Virus record (IMG/VR): IMGVR_UViG_3300021962_000125
Location: 1 to 58,253 of that record
Strand: one strand, 5' to 3'
DNA: 58,253 nucleotides
Source: a virus
Lineage: Duplodnaviria; Caudoviricetes
The translations under genes and the position numbers were made by a program. The notes beneath the pieces are model-generated. The model was not told the DNA's origin. It was given only the letters and a program-made list of their open reading frames with translations, and did not search any database. Each line of letters begins with the position of its first letter. The first letter of the stretch is position 1. Shown here piece by piece: positions 55,492 to 58,253 of the stretch.

Positions 55492-55786
55492 CGTCTTTCC
55501 TCAACTCTTGCATAACTTCTTCAAGTGTGTAAGTTTTGACTTCACCATTCTCTACTTGTTGTGCAAGTTTTCTTATGTGTTCAAGAAAACCTTTATCTAG
55601 AGTATCATCATAACACAGTGACCCCCAGAACCATTCATAACACTCTTCATATGGGTCATCATACCACATCAGAGCATAATCCTTATAGTTTCCAGTCACC
55701 AAGTCATACCAGATGCGGAAGTTTCCTTTAAAGGTTTGAAACCAAGAAGGAATAAGGTAAGTGATGATGTATTCTGCCCAAGTCAT
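55478..55786 (-). CDS. Hypothetical protein
   Basis: ORF track. Confidence 0.72.
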   Translation of the reverse strand: MTWAEYIITYLIPSWFQTFKGNFRIWYDLVTGNYKDYALMWYDDPYEECYEWFWGSLCYDDTLDKGFLEHIRKLAQQVENGEVKTYTLEEVMQELRKDDGNV

Positions 55787-55959
55787 TAGAGATAATGCGG
55801 TTTTTCTGAATCAAAAACATACCACTTTGCGTCTTTCATGTCAAGACACATACGCACAGTTTCGTGCTCTCTGTGTTCTCTATCTGTGCCTTTGTATAAT
55901 CCTCTGCGTTGATATGCACAGCACCAGACATTATAGTAGATTTTAGACTTTTCGTTCAT
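55786..55959 (-). CDS. Hypothetical protein MNEKSKIYYNVWCCAY...
   Basis: Internal ATG of the track ORF. Confidence 0.65.
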   Translation of the reverse strand: MNEKSKIYYNVWCCAYQRRGLYKGTDREHREHETVRMCLDMKDAKWYVFDSEKPHYL

Positions 55960-56185
55960 TTGGACAGTATAAGAAATACTTGTATTCAGCAAGTGGACCA
56001 TAGTGCCACTGTATTATATCACATTCTTTGTAGGTGCCAATGACTTTAGTGGACTGTGATTCAACTGGTGGATTTTCTGATTGCCAAAGTAGACTAACCA
56101 ATAGAATGAATCCTCCCACAACAATACCAATAGTGGCACCACCACGCAGAAACTCTTTTAGAAATTGTTTATCGTCTTGTGTCAT
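55943..56185 (-). CDS. Small membrane-anchored protein
   Basis: TM segment; YKECDII...YFLYCP. Confidence 0.7.
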   Translation of the reverse strand: MTQDDKQFLKEFLRGGATIGIVVGGFILLVSLLWQSENPPVESQSTKVIGTYKECDIIQWHYGPLAEYKYFLYCPNERKV

Positions 56186-56397
56186 TTCAGTTTTGCCCAT
56201 TCAGTAATGTTAGGGTCATTACCTTCATAAGAATAGTTGACATAAAGATTCTCGCCACCGATGTTCATATGATACATTTTACCATCATTCATATAGATCC
56301 CCAACCATACTGCACGGCCTTCTTCCATCGTTTCAAAGTGAACCATCTTCACATTTTCCAGCACGATTTCGTCTGGATTCTTCACAAAGCGACTCAT
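56182..56397 (-). CDS. Hypothetical protein
   Basis: ORF track. Confidence 0.72.
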   Translation of the reverse strand: MSRFVKNPDEIVLENVKMVHFETMEEGRAVWLGIYMNDGKMYHMNIGGENLYVNYSYEGNDPNITEWAKLK

Positions 56398-57032
56398 ACT
56401 ACACCATCATCACTATCTTTAAATTCTTCGACCCTTTGAAGATAATCTTTACCCTGCTTATATAATCCTTCAATCAATGCGTTAATATCATCAGTAGAAA
56501 CTTCACTGAATTCGTGATTGAGATTTTCACATCTCAACGCATCCAACATACACTCTAATGCCATTGCTTGTTGAAACTCTGGCGTGATATGTGTACCCCA
56601 AGTGAGACCAGAAACTTCCGTATTGTAAAACTGATTATATCTCTCAAGAATACGATTACTTTTTTGTTGTCGTTCCCATTCGTCTTTTTCAATTTCTGCT
56701 AATTGGATCATTCCTTCTTGATTTTCTTCCATAAGATTATCAAGTGCTTCCAGTGCTTTGTTTTCTTCTTCTCGTTGTGCGGCAACAGAAAGCATTTCTT
56801 CGTGAGTCATTTCTTTGACCTCTAGTTTCATTTCTGGAGTTTGAACCTTTCCCCAAGAACTATCATCAATTGTGAGAGTTTCTTTTCCTTTATCATAAAA
56901 CTTCAACTTACCATCATTCATACGTTCTCGGATTTTCTCCTTTCCGTATTCTGTGAGTTCTTGTTTGTTTTTACGAAGTTCTTGCACTTCTTCATCAGAC
57001 AGTCCAATCACCCAAGGCATATCATCGTTCAT
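56394..57032 (-). CDS. Acidic coiled-coil hypothetical protein
   Basis: Internal ATG of the track ORF. Confidence 0.7.
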   Translation of the reverse strand: MNDDMPWVIGLSDEEVQELRKNKQELTEYGKEKIRERMNDGKLKFYDKGKETLTIDDSSWGKVQTPEMKLEVKEMTHEEMLSVAAQREEENKALEALDNLMEENQEGMIQLAEIEKDEWERQQKSNRILERYNQFYNTEVSGLTWGTHITPEFQQAMALECMLDALRCENLNHEFSEVSTDDINALIEGLYKQGKDYLQRVEEFKDSDDGVV

Positions 57033-57288
57033 TATAAAATACAAATCCAGTTGAAGTGTTTTGGTCGTAGTAGTAATACTCTTGAAAGACTCCGTTTTCA
57101 AAGTCTTCAATAGACTCTAATTCATCACTACCAGTTGAATAGTAGCAGTCTAACACAAAGTCTGCATATTCACCAACAGGGCCACAGAACCTATCACCAA
57201 ACTTTGTAATGTCTTTATCAGGAAAGAGTTCGTAGTAGGTGTCTAATACTTCCTGTCCGTATTCTTCAAGGATTTCTTCAAGCGTCAT
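57022..57288 (-). CDS. Very acidic protein, possibly ArdA-like antirestriction DNA mimic
   Basis: D/E-rich; FGDRFCG...ADF...GFVF loosely matches the ArdA C-terminal pattern; inference. Confidence 0.45.
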   Translation of the reverse strand: MTLEEILEEYGQEVLDTYYELFPDKDITKFGDRFCGPVGEYADFVLDCYYSTGSDELESIEDFENGVFQEYYYYDQNTSTGFVFYNER

Positions 57289-57291
57289 AAA

Positions 57292-57492
57292 TCACTCCAC
57301 ATAATGATACACAGGTTCATTGTATTTTCTCAGTAGTCGTATTGCTTCTTGTGCTTCTTGAAGTGTTTGGAATGTAGCATCTGAGTAGAGGAAATATTTT
57401 TGGTCTTTAATATTATAACATTGAATAAAAAAATAAGGTTTCAAAGTTTTTAAATTAAGGTCTTCTACAATTCGGTAATCATAAACTTTCAT
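57292..57492 (-). CDS. Hypothetical protein
   Basis: ORF track. Confidence 0.7.
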   Translation of the reverse strand: MKVYDYRIVEDLNLKTLKPYFFIQCYNIKDQKYFLYSDATFQTLQEAQEAIRLLRKYNEPVYHYVE

Positions 57493-57659
57493 TATTTCCG
57501 TGCCTCATAAGAACTCCGTAAGGTAAGAGTGCGAATATGCCTTTGAAGCATCTTTTCTTCTCTTGTAAGTGCTAAACCCCATTTCTTTTTGATTGTGATG
57601 ATTTCAACTACATCATTCATAAAGGTGTGTGGAGTTTGTAGGAACTCTTGGTAGTTCAT
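57492..57659 (-). CDS. Hypothetical protein MNYQEF...
   Basis: Internal ATG of the track ORF. Confidence 0.6.
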   Translation of the reverse strand: MNYQEFLQTPHTFMNDVVEIITIKKKWGLALTREEKMLQRHIRTLTLRSSYEARK

Positions 57660-57925
57660 CAGTTTTCTCCACAATCACAATCAAAGTCAAGATAATCCCA
57701 CTTCCAAGTTCTTGAAAGCAAATCAATATCAAAACCAAATTTGTAACACCAAAATAAAATAGAAAAGAAACCATTAGAACCAAATGTGACTTGCGAATAA
57801 GGCCAAGATGGGAAATCATTCCAACTCACAGATGCCTGAAGTAAACTCCAATTCTTTACATTAAGAACCTGAACATACCATTCGTGCCCGAAATCTTCAC
57901 GATGCTTAAAGTTAATAATACTCAT
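57659..57925 (-). CDS. Hypothetical protein
   Basis: ORF track. Confidence 0.7.
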   Translation of the reverse strand: MSIINFKHREDFGHEWYVQVLNVKNWSLLQASVSWNDFPSWPYSQVTFGSNGFFSILFWCYKFGFDIDLLSRTWKWDYLDFDCDCGEN

Positions 57926-58245
57926 TTTACTTTACCGTGAATAGGGCAATCAGCATTCACCCATTTGCGTTCTTCGGGCATTTCTTCATTATCCATTACA
58001 GGGCACTTACAACCTTTTTCAACTGCTTCAGGAGACCCAGGAACAACACCATTCCATTCTTGGTATGTCATCGCTGACATCTCTTCATCAGTATATTGAG
58101 GATTATCAGGTTGCTGACAGCGTGACAGTTTTGCTTTCAAATCATAAATCTCATCTTCCAACCTACGGAGTTCTTTAGAATAATCCTCTGCCATCATCAG
58201 TTCAAACTCTTCCGAAATCTTACGCATATCTTCTTCACTACGCAT
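57922..58245 (-). CDS. Hypothetical protein with PGSPEA..GCKCPVMDN...CPIHG motif
   Basis: ORF track; Cys motif. Confidence 0.72.
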   Translation of the reverse strand: MRSEEDMRKISEEFELMMAEDYSKELRRLEDEIYDLKAKLSRCQQPDNPQYTDEEMSAMTYQEWNGVVPGSPEAVEKGCKCPVMDNEEMPEERKWVNADCPIHGKVK

Positions 58246-58253
58246 ATCATTAA

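Noticed and set aside
1-58253. tRNA genes, photosynthesis genes, reverse transcriptase or DGR
   Set aside because: None recognised by eye; tRNAscan-SE and HMM searches would be needed to exclude them formally.

Overview
AT-rich fragment of a T4-like myovirus genome, most likely a cyanomyophage (Kyanoviridae-type gene order and small conserved genes). Almost all genes are on the minus strand. Bases 1-31.7 kb hold the late structural and packaging cluster: the 5' end of gp18, gp17, gp16, gp15, gp14, gp13, a 2519-aa virion protein, gp8, a 4003-aa gp7, gp6 and gp25, with T4-type late promoters (TATAAATA and variants). From about 34.5 to 58 kb is a hyperplastic region of small early-type genes. 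It also carries an SF2 helicase, a nuclease/methyltransferase pair, three GIY-YIG-type homing endonucleases and candidate capsid-internal proteins. The most striking unexplained signal is 14 co-oriented, indel-free copies of a 29-bp element between 35.3 and 52.0 kb (minus-strand consensus ACTGGGCCCTTGAAAGTGCATCAGTAGTA). The copies sit at gene junctions, often abutting the upstream stop codon and overlapping the downstream ATG, and divide the region into 0.2-2.9 kb gene cassettes. It is not a canonical sigma70 or T4 late promoter. A cluster of cyanobacterial-type DnaA boxes (TTTTCCACA) near 36.06-36.11 kb is a candidate origin. All calls were made by eye; no database searches were run.
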